Source of the DNA: a virus | Lineage: Duplodnaviria; Caudoviricetes | Virus record (IMG/VR): IMGVR_UViG_3300005326_000120 | Coordinates: 1 to 25,264 of that record | Direction: 5' to 3' (one strand) | DNA: 25,264 nt | In this document: positions 15,426-24,823 of the stretch, piece by piece | Layout of the letters: each line of letters begins with the position of its first letter | How positions within the stretch are numbered: the first letter of the stretch is position 1 | Position numbers and translations under genes: made by a program | The notes under the pieces: model-generated | Databases searched by the model: none | Seen by the model: the letters and a program-made list of their open reading frames with translations, nothing else | What the model was told of the DNA's origin: nothing

Positions 15426-16013
15426 ATGTACGCAAAATCAACGCTAGCAGATTTAAGACAAAGTTTAGCCGACAGGCACGATTCTGGTGTCGTTCCGACC
15501 GAAGCCGATGAACTAAATACCTGGGCAAGGATTATCAACCGTGGCGTGGAATACTGCGCCGATAAACTAGAACTGAAAAAAGAAGTCTCTCTCACGACTT
15601 CCAGCGGAACTATCGCTTTGCCAACTGATTTTCTTTCAATCAACAGAGTTTTTATCGACGACCAGGAATACACTCAAATTTCACAAGACGAAAAAGGACT
15701 TCAAAGCCAGGATTATGTTTATTGGATAACCGGAAACCACACGGATGGATTTTATCTTAATTCTTATTATGACAATACTTTTACGGTGAAGTACGCTTTC
15801 AAACCCGCACCATTAGTCAATACGACTGATAAATGCATCATCCCCGACCCGGAAGCAGTAGTGGCCTACGCTTATTCAATGCTCCGGAAGAGTGAAACCG
15901 ACCCCATAGGCGACGCTCAAGAAGCGATGATTGAATGCAACGCCCGACTGATGGAATTACAAAGCACCAATTTAAATAATAATAGTTTTACGGGATTTAG
16001 TATCGATGGCTAA
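15426..16013 (+). CDS. Probable head-tail adaptor (tail tubular protein A-like)
   Basis: 195 aa. N-terminal helical hairpin (TLADLRQSL...ELNTWARIIN), LPTDF, and C-terminal AVVAYAY helix. Precedes the nozzle-like gene. Confidence 0.7.
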   Translation: MYAKSTLADLRQSLADRHDSGVVPTEADELNTWARIINRGVEYCADKLELKKEVSLTTSSGTIALPTDFLSINRVFIDDQEYTQISQDEKGLQSQDYVYWITGNHTDGFYLNSYYDNTFTVKYAFKPAPLVNTTDKCIIPDPEAVVAYAYSMLRKSETDPIGDAQEAMIECNARLMELQSTNLNNNSFTGFSIDG

Positions 16014-17751
16014 AATAATAACAAAACAACAAGATGACCTCGGAAAAGGTATAAATACCTTTACCCGAGACACGATGATTAAGGAAAACGAATGTCCCGA
16101 AGGACTTAATGTTTGGGCTGTCGGAAAAAACTCCGTCGCCAAACGTCCTGGAATCACGAAGCTTTGTACTATCGCCGGAGGAAACCCGATTGACGGACTA
16201 GGCGCTTATTACAACGGAGCGACCAGAAACCTTGTCGCGATGTGTAACGGAGTACCTTATACGGTGGAGTCAGGAACAGGAACACCAATGTCGGCTACTG
16301 CGGCTACGGCGAGTGCCTTCACCGCTGGAAACAGAACAGATTTTTGTCAGGCCGCTGGAAAACTTTATTGCGCCAACGGAGTAGAGAACGTCAGATATTT
16401 TGACGGAGCTTGGAGAGAACCGGCTGGGTCAATCGTGGCTAAATACCTTATCTTTTATAAGTCATCTCTATGGGCGGCAGGAAACCCGACTTATCCGACG
16501 AGACTTTACCGAAGCGGAACGGATATAAATATAGGGAATTTTACTTATACCAACTCAGCGGCAGGAACTACGACAGGAACGACTGCTAATAAATTAGTAG
16601 CTTCCGCTGGGAACTTCACCACCGCTAACGTCACCGTAGGTTGTCAGGTATTTAACGGAACAACGGGAAAAGACGCTCACGTCACAGCCATAGATTCAAC
16701 GACTCAACTTTCATTAGACGCGGATATCTTTTCTTCTGGTCAATCGTATTTCGTGGCTAACAACTCTTTAGCGACTTCGGTTTATGTCGGAAAAGACGAC
16801 GGCCAAAAGATTACCGGATTTTTTAAGCATATGGATAATTTCCATCCGGTCAAAGAACGTTCTTTGTGGCAAGCCGACCAAGGGACAGACCAATTCGGAC
16901 TCATCCAACTTTCGATGGTTGACCCGTCCCGAGGATGTGATTCTCACTTTACGATAGACGCCGTGGACAATGACAACTTTATGTTCAACGAGAACGGAGT
17001 CTTCGCCACAGGATTCGAGCCGAATATGTTAGTTCAATTACGGACTAACATAGTTTCTTTGAGAGTAGATGACAAAATTAAGTCTATCGAAAAATCTAAG
17101 CTAGAAGACACTTGTGGGATATTTTTTGATAATCATTATTACCTCTCATACGCCGAGGGAGGAGCGACCCATAACACCAAGATGTTAGTCTATGACCGCC
17201 AAAGATTAGGTTGGTGGGAATTCGGATTAGGCGCGCAATGTTTTTCGGAATTCAAGGATTCCAACGGTTACACCAGACTATATTTCGGGGATTCAACAGG
17301 GAATATTTATTACTTCGACGCCGCTGTTAAGAACGACGACAGCACAGCTATCTCGACTAAATGGAAGAGCCCCAAATTAGGATTTGGAAATTACGCTCAA
17401 TCTAAATTCTTCTTAAACGTCATTCTTTATCTGGGAAGAACCCCTGGAGATATCACAATAAACGTTTATGTGGATGGGAAGTTGAAAAAAACCCGCATAA
17501 AGATGATGGGTAATTCAGGCAGCGCCGGACTGGAAATAGAAATGATGGAAGATGAATACCTTGGAACAGGAGGAGGAGGCTTGACAATTTCAGATACCGG
17601 AGGAGGGGACTTTGTGAAAATTCCTATTAACAAAATAGGACGAAATATCCAAATAGAAATAATCGATAACGCCACCTCAAAAGGATGGGAACTAAACGCA
17701 TATGAAGTAATTTACTCCGAACTGGACAACTTGTACCAGCCAGGAATCTAA
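16006..17751 (+). CDS. Probable tail nozzle (tail tubular protein B / P22 gp10-like beta-propeller)
   Basis: NV...KRPG N-terminal motif, beta-rich repeats (LYCANG, LWAAG, LVYD...W, LYFGD), C-terminal GRNIQIEI strand. Confidence 0.75.
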   Translation: MAKIITKQQDDLGKGINTFTRDTMIKENECPEGLNVWAVGKNSVAKRPGITKLCTIAGGNPIDGLGAYYNGATRNLVAMCNGVPYTVESGTGTPMSATAATASAFTAGNRTDFCQAAGKLYCANGVENVRYFDGAWREPAGSIVAKYLIFYKSSLWAAGNPTYPTRLYRSGTDINIGNFTYTNSAAGTTTGTTANKLVASAGNFTTANVTVGCQVFNGTTGKDAHVTAIDSTTQLSLDADIFSSGQSYFVANNSLATSVYVGKDDGQKITGFFKHMDNFHPVKERSLWQADQGTDQFGLIQLSMVDPSRGCDSHFTIDAVDNDNFMFNENGVFATGFEPNMLVQLRTNIVSLRVDDKIKSIEKSKLEDTCGIFFDNHYYLSYAEGGATHNTKMLVYDRQRLGWWEFGLGAQCFSEFKDSNGYTRLYFGDSTGNIYYFDAAVKNDDSTAISTKWKSPKLGFGNYAQSKFFLNVILYLGRTPGDITINVYVDGKLKKTRIKMMGNSGSAGLEIEMMEDEYLGTGGGGLTISDTGGGDFVKIPINKIGRNIQIEIIDNATSKGWELNAYEVIYSELDNLYQPGI

Positions 17752-17764
17752 GCAAATCTAAGCA
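17745..17764 (+). repeat. Tandem 10-bp duplication AATCTAAGCA x2 at the nozzle stop codon
   Basis: Direct reading. Confidence 0.8.
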
Positions 17765-17778
17765 ATAACTATAATAAA

Positions 17779-18345
17779 ATGTCAATAAAACATCAATCAC
17801 GATTCGGTACTAACTTAACATCAGCGACTAGCGCCGCCGACACTACGAGTCCTCTTAACTCTATCCCGACAGTAGACGCACCGTTTTACTTGGCTTTTGA
17901 CGCGACTAACATTAACTCGCATTTTGAAGTCTTAAAATGCACTTCAAAAACAGCAACTAACGTCAATCACGCCGCTCTAGCTTATGACCACACCACCGCC
18001 GAAGAAGTCAGGATGATTTTGGCGGTTGAAGAACTTAATCCGACTCTTACCTCTAATTCAGATGCGGCGACAATCACTTTTGACCTTTCAACTTCACTTC
18101 ACACTGTAACTCTTGGAGGCAACAGAACACTAGCTCTTTCTAATGAAACAGTCGGACAGACTTTTGTTATTAGATTAGTTCAAGACGCAACAGGGAGTAG
18201 AATACCTGTATTTTTCACTACGATAAAATGGGCTGGCGGTTCTGCACCAACATTAACTACAACAGCCGGAAAAACTGATGTTCTAGGATTTATCTGCACT
18301 TCAGCAGGTAATTATGACGGGTTCGTAATTGGAATGAATTTATAA
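17779..18345 (+). CDS. Probable tail/fibre-associated structural protein
   Basis: Thr/Ala-rich. The C-terminal VTLGGNRTL...QDATGSR...KWAGGSAPTLTT...DVLGF domain is typical of phage fibre proteins. Confidence 0.7.
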   Translation: MSIKHQSRFGTNLTSATSAADTTSPLNSIPTVDAPFYLAFDATNINSHFEVLKCTSKTATNVNHAALAYDHTTAEEVRMILAVEELNPTLTSNSDAATITFDLSTSLHTVTLGGNRTLALSNETVGQTFVIRLVQDATGSRIPVFFTTIKWAGGSAPTLTTTAGKTDVLGFICTSAGNYDGFVIGMNL

Positions 18346-18346
18346 T

Positions 18347-19000
18347 ATGTATATAACTCCATCACAAACAAACTTACTTTCAGAATGGAAATTAGACGGA
18401 AATTCCACTGATACATTGGCAGCTCACAATGGAACAGATACCAACATTACTTATGTTGGAGGAAAAATTGGACAATGTGCTTCTTTCGCTGGTAATGGAA
18501 AAATAGCTACGGCTAATAATATTGGAATAACTGGAACAGGAAACTGCACATTTCTTGCTTGGGTTAAAACTACTGGAAATACTTTTGTTCCCTTCGGATT
18601 TGGTGTTTATTCTGCAGCGGCCTGGAGGGGATTAAGAATCCAAGCCAACGGATGTCTTCAACTGGATATTTATAACTCCAATTTGGCTGATACTGCGGTA
18701 GTGGTAAATGACGGTAAGTGGCATCTAGTGGGATTTGGGAATAATGGGACTACTGCTTATTTGTATGTCGATGGAAGAAATATAAAAAACGGAGTTTTGG
18801 CGGCTATGAACACTGGCGCGGGAGTAGTTTTGTTTGGGCAGACTCCCAATCCCGATGGTTACTATACTGGACAAATAGAGCAAGCAACTATCTGGAGCAG
18901 ACTTTTATCTGATGCTGAAATTGCTTCTTACTATGCTCTTTCTGCTGCAGATGGAGGGGGTATTCTAACAAACCTAGCAGGTAACTTCAAAAATAACTAA
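18347..19000 (+). CDS. LamG-like / concanavalin A-like jellyroll protein (candidate receptor binding)
   Basis: WKLDGN..D, GKIGQCASF, TFLAWVK, DGKWHLV, LYVDG, GQIEQATIWSRLLSDAEI. Confidence 0.88.
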   Translation: MYITPSQTNLLSEWKLDGNSTDTLAAHNGTDTNITYVGGKIGQCASFAGNGKIATANNIGITGTGNCTFLAWVKTTGNTFVPFGFGVYSAAAWRGLRIQANGCLQLDIYNSNLADTAVVVNDGKWHLVGFGNNGTTAYLYVDGRNIKNGVLAAMNTGAGVVLFGQTPNPDGYYTGQIEQATIWSRLLSDAEIASYYALSAADGGGILTNLAGNFKNN

Positions 19001-19042
19001 AAATAATTAATTTCAAGCGTCACTCTATGCGCAAGAATCAAT

Positions 19043-20734
19043 ATGGCTAAACTATCATCACGCGAAGCAGCAGCTAAAAAAGCTGGGGGATCTCTTAACT
19101 ATAAGACTGGAAAAATAACTACTCCGACCAAAACCGTAAGAACAGTGAGTAAAAGTTCAAAGAGTTCTTCCAGTTCTTCTAAAAGTTCTGGTAAGTTTAA
19201 TAACCCAAATGCAATCTACGGTAAACAAGTTACTGACCCAGGACGTTTTCCTACGATGAGTTATACTCCCGCTCAACAGAAGCAGGTAATGCAAGGTCAA
19301 CAGAAATACTACGCCGCTAATCCTGACCCGAAAGATTACAAAGAAGCCTCTAAGAAGAAAGACAAAGAATACGCTCAAGGAGGTTCAAAGACTGGAAAAG
19401 TACAACCTAAGTTAGCTACTAGCGGAAATATCGGAATAGGAAGTTTTAACTCTTCTTCTCAAAGAGATATGGCGGCTGAAGCGATGAATAGACAGCAAGA
19501 TAGAAAACAACCATCGCTTCTGCAAAGAGGATTAGGAGCGCTAGGAATAAACCAAAGCGCTTACAACAAGGGTTCTATTGAAAGAACAGCAGAAATAATG
19601 AAAGACCCACTAGGATTAGTTCCTTGGGCTAGAGGGATGTATTCAGGACTTCCAGGAGAAAAAATGTATGATTCTGACCAGATGCAGTCTTTAATTAACG
19701 GATCGCTTGGAATAAATACCGTTCAAGGAGCGACTCTTGACCAGACACCAACAATATCAAATTATCTTGACAGAAAAACCACCGGAACGATGGGAGATGT
19801 AACCGTAGATGATTTGGGAATGGCAGAGGAAGATTATTTTAATACTCTCAAAAACAGCGATCTTCCTGATGAGTACAAACAGGATTTTGCTAACAGACTT
19901 GATCAACCTAACAAGGAATTAGGAATGGCTTATGGATGGAATGGTACTCCTCAAGTAGCCAGAGCAGAAACTAATAACAACAATAATTTAGCCTTAGGTA
20001 GTTATCCTGCCGGAATATCTGAAGGGGTAAAGTACGAATTAGGCGATGAACAACAAAATATTATGGACGATGACAAATCATTCGATAAAGAAGGAAAGGG
20101 ATTAAAAAAAGGCAGGGATAGCCAACAAGAGGCACTTAACGCCCTTATTAGCCAAATGTCTACCGAAGGTCAGACAACTATTAACGAAGACAAGGGTCAG
20201 GCTCTTGGACAGTTAGCCTCATTGTTTGCTGGTTATGGGACTTCTGATTCCGAACAAAGACAGCAGCAACAGCAAAGGACTAATGTTGACTACGCCGGAA
20301 AATTGGCTAAGTTTTTAAGCAGTTTAGCTAATCAAAGAGTCCAGGGAACAAACGACATCAATCAGTCCTATAACACGGCAATGGGTAACCTAAATCAACA
20401 AAGAAGGGCAGCCGCTTATCAAAACCAACAGTTAATGCGTCAAGCCGCTAATGATTCTTTTGACAGGAAATATAAAATGGCTTCTCTCTCTCAAAAAAAT
20501 ACGTCTAAGATTCCAGGAATAAATTCTTCTTGGCAACCATATCAGCAACAAGATTTCGCTAATCAAATGTTGCAACAAGGTTATTCTTGGCAGGACATAG
20601 CCGATACTGCAAGAGCTAATAATATGGATGTTAATTCTGGAAGTTACTTTGATAACTATATGAGGAATATCAATAAACTTCCCCCGATAAAAGGCAACAA
20701 CGATATAATAAACCAACTATTAGGACTGGGATAA
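19043..20734 (+). CDS. Probable internal virion / DNA-ejection protein
   Basis: Lys/Ser-rich N-terminus, Gln/Ala/Asn-rich helical C-terminal half, no Cys, and position after the tail genes. Confidence 0.55.
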   Translation: MAKLSSREAAAKKAGGSLNYKTGKITTPTKTVRTVSKSSKSSSSSSKSSGKFNNPNAIYGKQVTDPGRFPTMSYTPAQQKQVMQGQQKYYAANPDPKDYKEASKKKDKEYAQGGSKTGKVQPKLATSGNIGIGSFNSSSQRDMAAEAMNRQQDRKQPSLLQRGLGALGINQSAYNKGSIERTAEIMKDPLGLVPWARGMYSGLPGEKMYDSDQMQSLINGSLGINTVQGATLDQTPTISNYLDRKTTGTMGDVTVDDLGMAEEDYFNTLKNSDLPDEYKQDFANRLDQPNKELGMAYGWNGTPQVARAETNNNNNLALGSYPAGISEGVKYELGDEQQNIMDDDKSFDKEGKGLKKGRDSQQEALNALISQMSTEGQTTINEDKGQALGQLASLFAGYGTSDSEQRQQQQQRTNVDYAGKLAKFLSSLANQRVQGTNDINQSYNTAMGNLNQQRRAAAYQNQQLMRQAANDSFDRKYKMASLSQKNTSKIPGINSSWQPYQQQDFANQMLQQGYSWQDIADTARANNMDVNSGSYFDNYMRNINKLPPIKGNNDIINQLLGLG

Positions 20735-20737
20735 AAT

Positions 20738-23614
20738 ATGGCAGTTATAAAGCAATTTGTCGTTAAAAACCAAGCAAGCGGTGGTAGTTTTCCGAAAGGC
20801 GGGACTCCTAATGCTTCTTACTACGTCCAAAGGGCGCAACCACTATTAAAAATGATGGCTGTTCAGCGCGCCAAACAAGAATTCGAGGAAAAAAGACGAA
20901 CAAATATTGAAAACATCCTAAACCAAGTAAGGCAGTCTGAACAAGAGGCTCAAAAAGCTAATTCTTGGCAGGGGATAGTAAAAAACACCATTACTGGTAT
21001 TCCTAATGCAATCGGACAGATTGGAAATCAAATAAGAACTAATCCATTAGATACTTTAAAATCCATCGGATCGGGTGTTTATAAGGGAGCAGTAGAACCC
21101 TTAGCTAATATTCAGAAATACACCAATCCGGCAATGCTGATTCCTCAAGTCAGAGAATCGCAAAAAAAGGCTAGTGAAATGATGAATTACCAGCCTCAAA
21201 ATGATGTCTCTCGAAGCATCCAGTCAGGATTTGAATTTGGTGGAGCAGTAGCGCCTTATGAAATAGCTGGTCAAGCTATATCAAGAATCCCTCAACTGGC
21301 TAATACTCCAAGATTAGCTAAATATATTGGTTATACAGTGCCAGGACAGATATTTAGCGATAAAAAAATCACCGATGTCAAAGGACGTGGTGAACAATTA
21401 GCTTTAGATTCTCTGCTATTTGGCCTTACAAGCCTTAGGGGGCGTAAATCACCGTCCCAGGCTGAACTAACCACTGGCAAAACAATCCCAGGAAGACAAG
21501 GATCATTACCGCAAGGAAGAGTCCCAGAAGGCCAGATTTCCAATCTCCCTTATCCAGAATCGGGAAAATATGCTTCTCCTGAAACTTTCCAAAATAATGG
21601 AAAAATCCCGGCTTCCCGAACCATGCCAGAATTAATGAACTCAAATAAAGGGCCAGCAAAAGAGATATTATCGGGTGGTCAAGTAGAAACTTCATATCCT
21701 ATAGGTAGCATAGACGGCAATATAAAGCAAGACCCGATAAATAAGGTGATAGAAGCCCTAAAAGGAGCCAAGTCATTACAAGGTCAGCAGACATCGCTGT
21801 ATAAAGCTGAAAGAGCCAGACGAGCGGGAGCGATAGCAGGAATAGGAAAGAATGTCCCCGGAGAAAAAGGATACTTTGCTCAATTAGGACAGTTAAAAGG
21901 AGAACTACCAAAGGTCAATTTTGAGGGAATAAGAACTAGCCTTAATCAGAGCGATGTTGACTCGCTGTTTAACCACGTAGAAAACCACAGATTACTAACA
22001 CCATTTGAAAAGATATCTGCTAAAGGAGGACTGGCTAAGATAATGGGGGAAGAAGGCGGTCAACTTCCGACTAAAGGAGAAATAAGACTTTTATCAGAAG
22101 TTTTTCCGAAGGAATTTATTGACACTATTTTAGAAAAAAGACCTTGGGGGCAGAAGTTTCTCGATAAAGCCGGGGAAGCATTAAATATTCCACGTTCTTT
22201 GATGGCGTCTTTTGACTTGTCAGCCCCATTAAGACAAGGAGTGTTTTTGATAGGGAAACCAAAGCAATGGGGTCCGGCTTTTAAAGATATGTTTAAACAC
22301 GCTTTTAGTGAAAAATCATATCAAGGACTTTTGGAAAATATCCAGACACGACCAACTTACCAACTGATGAGAGAATCAAAACTTGCCATTACTGATATGA
22401 GCAAGTTCATGGATAAACGAGAAGAAAGGTTTATGTCTAATTGGGCAGAGCAAATACCTGGTATTGGAAAAATTGTCAGAGGGTCAGACCGGGCTTACAC
22501 AGGATTTTTAAATAAATTAAGAGCAGACGTTTTTGATGATCTTGTTAATAAGTTAGGGAAAGAGCAGGCGGGGGATATAGCAAAATTTGTTAATTCCGCT
22601 ACAGGTCGGGGAGAATTACCCCAGGTACTTAAAAATTCCCAAGCACTTTTAAATGGAGCATTCTTTTCCCCAAGACTGATGTTTTCAAGGATAAATATGA
22701 TGAATCCCCAATATTACGTCAGTCTTTCTCCGGCGGTCAGGAAAGAAGCTATTAAATCACTTCTAACTTTCGGTGGAACAGTAGCTTCAGTTCTAGGATT
22801 GGCGGGACTTAGTGGGGCAGAAATCGGAACGGACGCCAGAAGCGCGGACTTTGCCAAGATTAAAACAGGCAATACTAGATACGATATTTTAGGCGGATTC
22901 CAACAATACGCTGTCTTAGCTTACCGATTAGCGACTAACGAAATGGTATCTTCGACAACAGGAAAGGAATTTTCACTTGATGAAGGTTATAAAGCACCTG
23001 GAAGACTGGGAATAATAGGAAGGTTTTTGTCCTCAAAAGAAAGTCCGATAGTGGGTTTTGTAGCTGGAATGCTATCAGGGCAGGATTCAATGGGGCAGGA
23101 ATTTAGGCCGACGCCAGAAATTATCAATCGGTTTATTCCAATGCTTATCCAGGATTTAACAGACACGATGGGAGAATACGGAACAGAAAAAGGAGCTTTG
23201 ATGCAATCTCCTGGAGTATTCGGAGTGGGAACACAAACATACACTGATCAAATACCAGTCCTAGAAAAAACTCCTACAGGAGCACCAACGGTTAAATTCA
23301 ATCCATATCCTTCAATCGGTGAAAAGATACAAAACTCTATAACAGGAACAGAAATTTCTCAGATACCACAAGACCAGTGGGAAGGACTAAGGCAAGAAAG
23401 AGCAATGGAAACACAAAGAGGATTAGAAGTTGAAAAGATAAAGCAAAAAGTTTTGAGTACCGGAAAGCCAGAAAGAGTGGGTGATACTTTTGTTTATATG
23501 CAAAACGGAATAGTTAAAACAAAAAAGATCGGCAACCAAATCCGAACTCCTATTAAAGACAAAATTTTATACCAAGAAATACAGAAAAGAAAGACTACTC
23601 CGTTTTACCAATAG
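20738..23614 (+). CDS. Large probable internal virion / ejection protein
   Basis: 958 aa. Gly-rich amphipathic N-terminal region and a C-terminal helical region with SFDLSAPLRQG, ATGRG, FFSPR and DFAKIKTGNTRYD motifs that recall large polyvalent phage proteins. Confidence 0.6.
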   Translation: MAVIKQFVVKNQASGGSFPKGGTPNASYYVQRAQPLLKMMAVQRAKQEFEEKRRTNIENILNQVRQSEQEAQKANSWQGIVKNTITGIPNAIGQIGNQIRTNPLDTLKSIGSGVYKGAVEPLANIQKYTNPAMLIPQVRESQKKASEMMNYQPQNDVSRSIQSGFEFGGAVAPYEIAGQAISRIPQLANTPRLAKYIGYTVPGQIFSDKKITDVKGRGEQLALDSLLFGLTSLRGRKSPSQAELTTGKTIPGRQGSLPQGRVPEGQISNLPYPESGKYASPETFQNNGKIPASRTMPELMNSNKGPAKEILSGGQVETSYPIGSIDGNIKQDPINKVIEALKGAKSLQGQQTSLYKAERARRAGAIAGIGKNVPGEKGYFAQLGQLKGELPKVNFEGIRTSLNQSDVDSLFNHVENHRLLTPFEKISAKGGLAKIMGEEGGQLPTKGEIRLLSEVFPKEFIDTILEKRPWGQKFLDKAGEALNIPRSLMASFDLSAPLRQGVFLIGKPKQWGPAFKDMFKHAFSEKSYQGLLENIQTRPTYQLMRESKLAITDMSKFMDKREERFMSNWAEQIPGIGKIVRGSDRAYTGFLNKLRADVFDDLVNKLGKEQAGDIAKFVNSATGRGELPQVLKNSQALLNGAFFSPRLMFSRINMMNPQYYVSLSPAVRKEAIKSLLTFGGTVASVLGLAGLSGAEIGTDARSADFAKIKTGNTRYDILGGFQQYAVLAYRLATNEMVSSTTGKEFSLDEGYKAPGRLGIIGRFLSSKESPIVGFVAGMLSGQDSMGQEFRPTPEIINRFIPMLIQDLTDTMGEYGTEKGALMQSPGVFGVGTQTYTDQIPVLEKTPTGAPTVKFNPYPSIGEKIQNSITGTEISQIPQDQWEGLRQERAMETQRGLEVEKIKQKVLSTGKPERVGDTFVYMQNGIVKTKKIGNQIRTPIKDKILYQEIQKRKTTPFYQ

Positions 23615-24236
23615 TTATTTGCTCTACCCGCTCTTTACAACGTTGTTTTATTTCATCAATTTGCTTGACTGATTTTTTGCGAAAGTCTCCAGTTATTTTC
23701 TGATAACCACTCTCAAGTTTATCGAAGGTATCTCTTAGAATTTCGTTGCATTTAGACTTGTTATAACCCTCTGATGAACATTGATTATAAAGATTGTCGA
23801 TAGCCTTATCCCGCTTTTCTTCCATTTCCTCAAGACCGTCATCCATAACTTTCTCAAGTTTATCAATATGTTTGTCACAGTTTTTGTCAGCTTTTTCAGA
23901 TAATTCACGGTTATATTGTTCTATGGCTTCCTGACGTTTAGCGAGTGTATAAGGGTCAGGATTCATAGAATTATATTCCTCAACCTGCTTGGCAGGATTA
24001 TCAGTTGGTATTCGTTCCGCATCCTGCTTAGCTTTCAGTTCAGATAATTTATCATAAACCTGTTTCTTTTTCTCGAGTTCTGAAATAGCCGCATTCTGTT
24101 TTTCAAACTCTGCTCTCTGACGGTTAAAATAAGAGTCAACAAAAACAGCGCCAACCCAAAGTATTACCAGAGTTGCGATAGCAAATATTTTCCAGTGTTT
24201 TTTTATAAAGTCCCCAATTATTTTAATATATTTCAT
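23595..24236 (-). CDS. Membrane-anchored coiled-coil protein (moron-like)
   Basis: N-terminal hydrophobic helix IFAIATLVILWVGAVFV, then a charged helical domain with 4 Cys. Antisense to the late operon. Confidence 0.8.
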   Translation of the reverse strand: MKYIKIIGDFIKKHWKIFAIATLVILWVGAVFVDSYFNRQRAEFEKQNAAISELEKKKQVYDKLSELKAKQDAERIPTDNPAKQVEEYNSMNPDPYTLAKRQEAIEQYNRELSEKADKNCDKHIDKLEKVMDDGLEEMEEKRDKAIDNLYNQCSSEGYNKSKCNEILRDTFDKLESGYQKITGDFRKKSVKQIDEIKQRCKERVEQITIGKTE

Positions 24237-24277
24237 ATAAAAGTATAAATAAGAAGGATAATAAGAAAGATGTCCAT
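24233..24277 (-). CDS. Putative 14-aa hydrophobic peptide MDIFLIILLIYTFI
   Basis: Read by hand. It fills the gap between the two morons, and its TGA overlaps the next ATG (ATGA). Confidence 0.35.
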   Translation of the reverse strand: MDIFLIILLIYTFI

Positions 24278-24282
24278 ATAAT

Positions 24283-24519
24283 TTAAAATCTAGCTGGTGA
24301 AAGTAAAAATATTATAAAAGCAATCACCGCTACGACAGAAAGAAAATAAATACCATAACGCGCCAAAAATCTAAGATATTTATTCCCAATATTTTCTGAC
24401 ACTTTTCTTAATCTGATATACCCATAAACAACAGCAAAAATAACCCCAGCAACAACTCCCAGGATAAGCAGGGATAGAACAGTGTTTAATATAAGCTTTC
24501 CAACAAAGATTATATCCAT
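24283..24519 (-). CDS. Small two-TM membrane protein (moron-like)
   Basis: Two hydrophobic helices separated by a basic loop. Confidence 0.75.
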   Translation of the reverse strand: MDIIFVGKLILNTVLSLLILGVVAGVIFAVVYGYIRLRKVSENIGNKYLRFLARYGIYFLSVVAVIAFIIFLLSPARF

Positions 24520-24717
24520 ATTATTTTAAGATATTTCATAACTAATACATAACATACAAACGGCAATAAAGTCAAATCAAAAAACCGCCCAGGCTCTTTT
24601 TCAAGAGGAAGCCCAAACGGTTTAAAACAAGAAATGAAACACCAAAAAATATCTATTAATATTTTAAAACCTCTTATGGGTTTTGTCAATAAAGGATACA
24701 ACCATAAGCCCAAAAAT

Positions 24718-24816
24718 ATGACGGATGTGAAATTATCGTTTTTTTCCGGCTTGTCAAAAGTGGTATTGTTTTTACTGTTGTTAGCCGGAGTCGTAGCAAT
24801 TTTTAGACACCTTTAA
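24718..24816 (+). CDS. Small single-TM protein (32 aa; start likely 24718 rather than 24634)
   Basis: CAAAAATATG leader resembles other starts. Hydrophobic segment VVLFLLLLAGVVAIF. Confidence 0.5.
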   Translation: MTDVKLSFFSGLSKVVLFLLLLAGVVAIFRHL

Positions 24817-24823
24817 TACAACC

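Noticed and set aside
1878-23244. Many short minus-strand ORFs inside long plus-strand genes
   Set aside because: They are shadow ORFs antisense to well-supported genes and carry no recognisable motifs.
24283-24519. Holin
   Set aside because: It lies on the opposite strand to the late operon, and no endolysin is recognisable nearby.
24545-24575. Leftward sigma70 promoter for the morons (TTGACT at 24575-24570)
   Set aside because: No convincing -10 hexamer at 16-18 bp spacing, so it is left uncalled.
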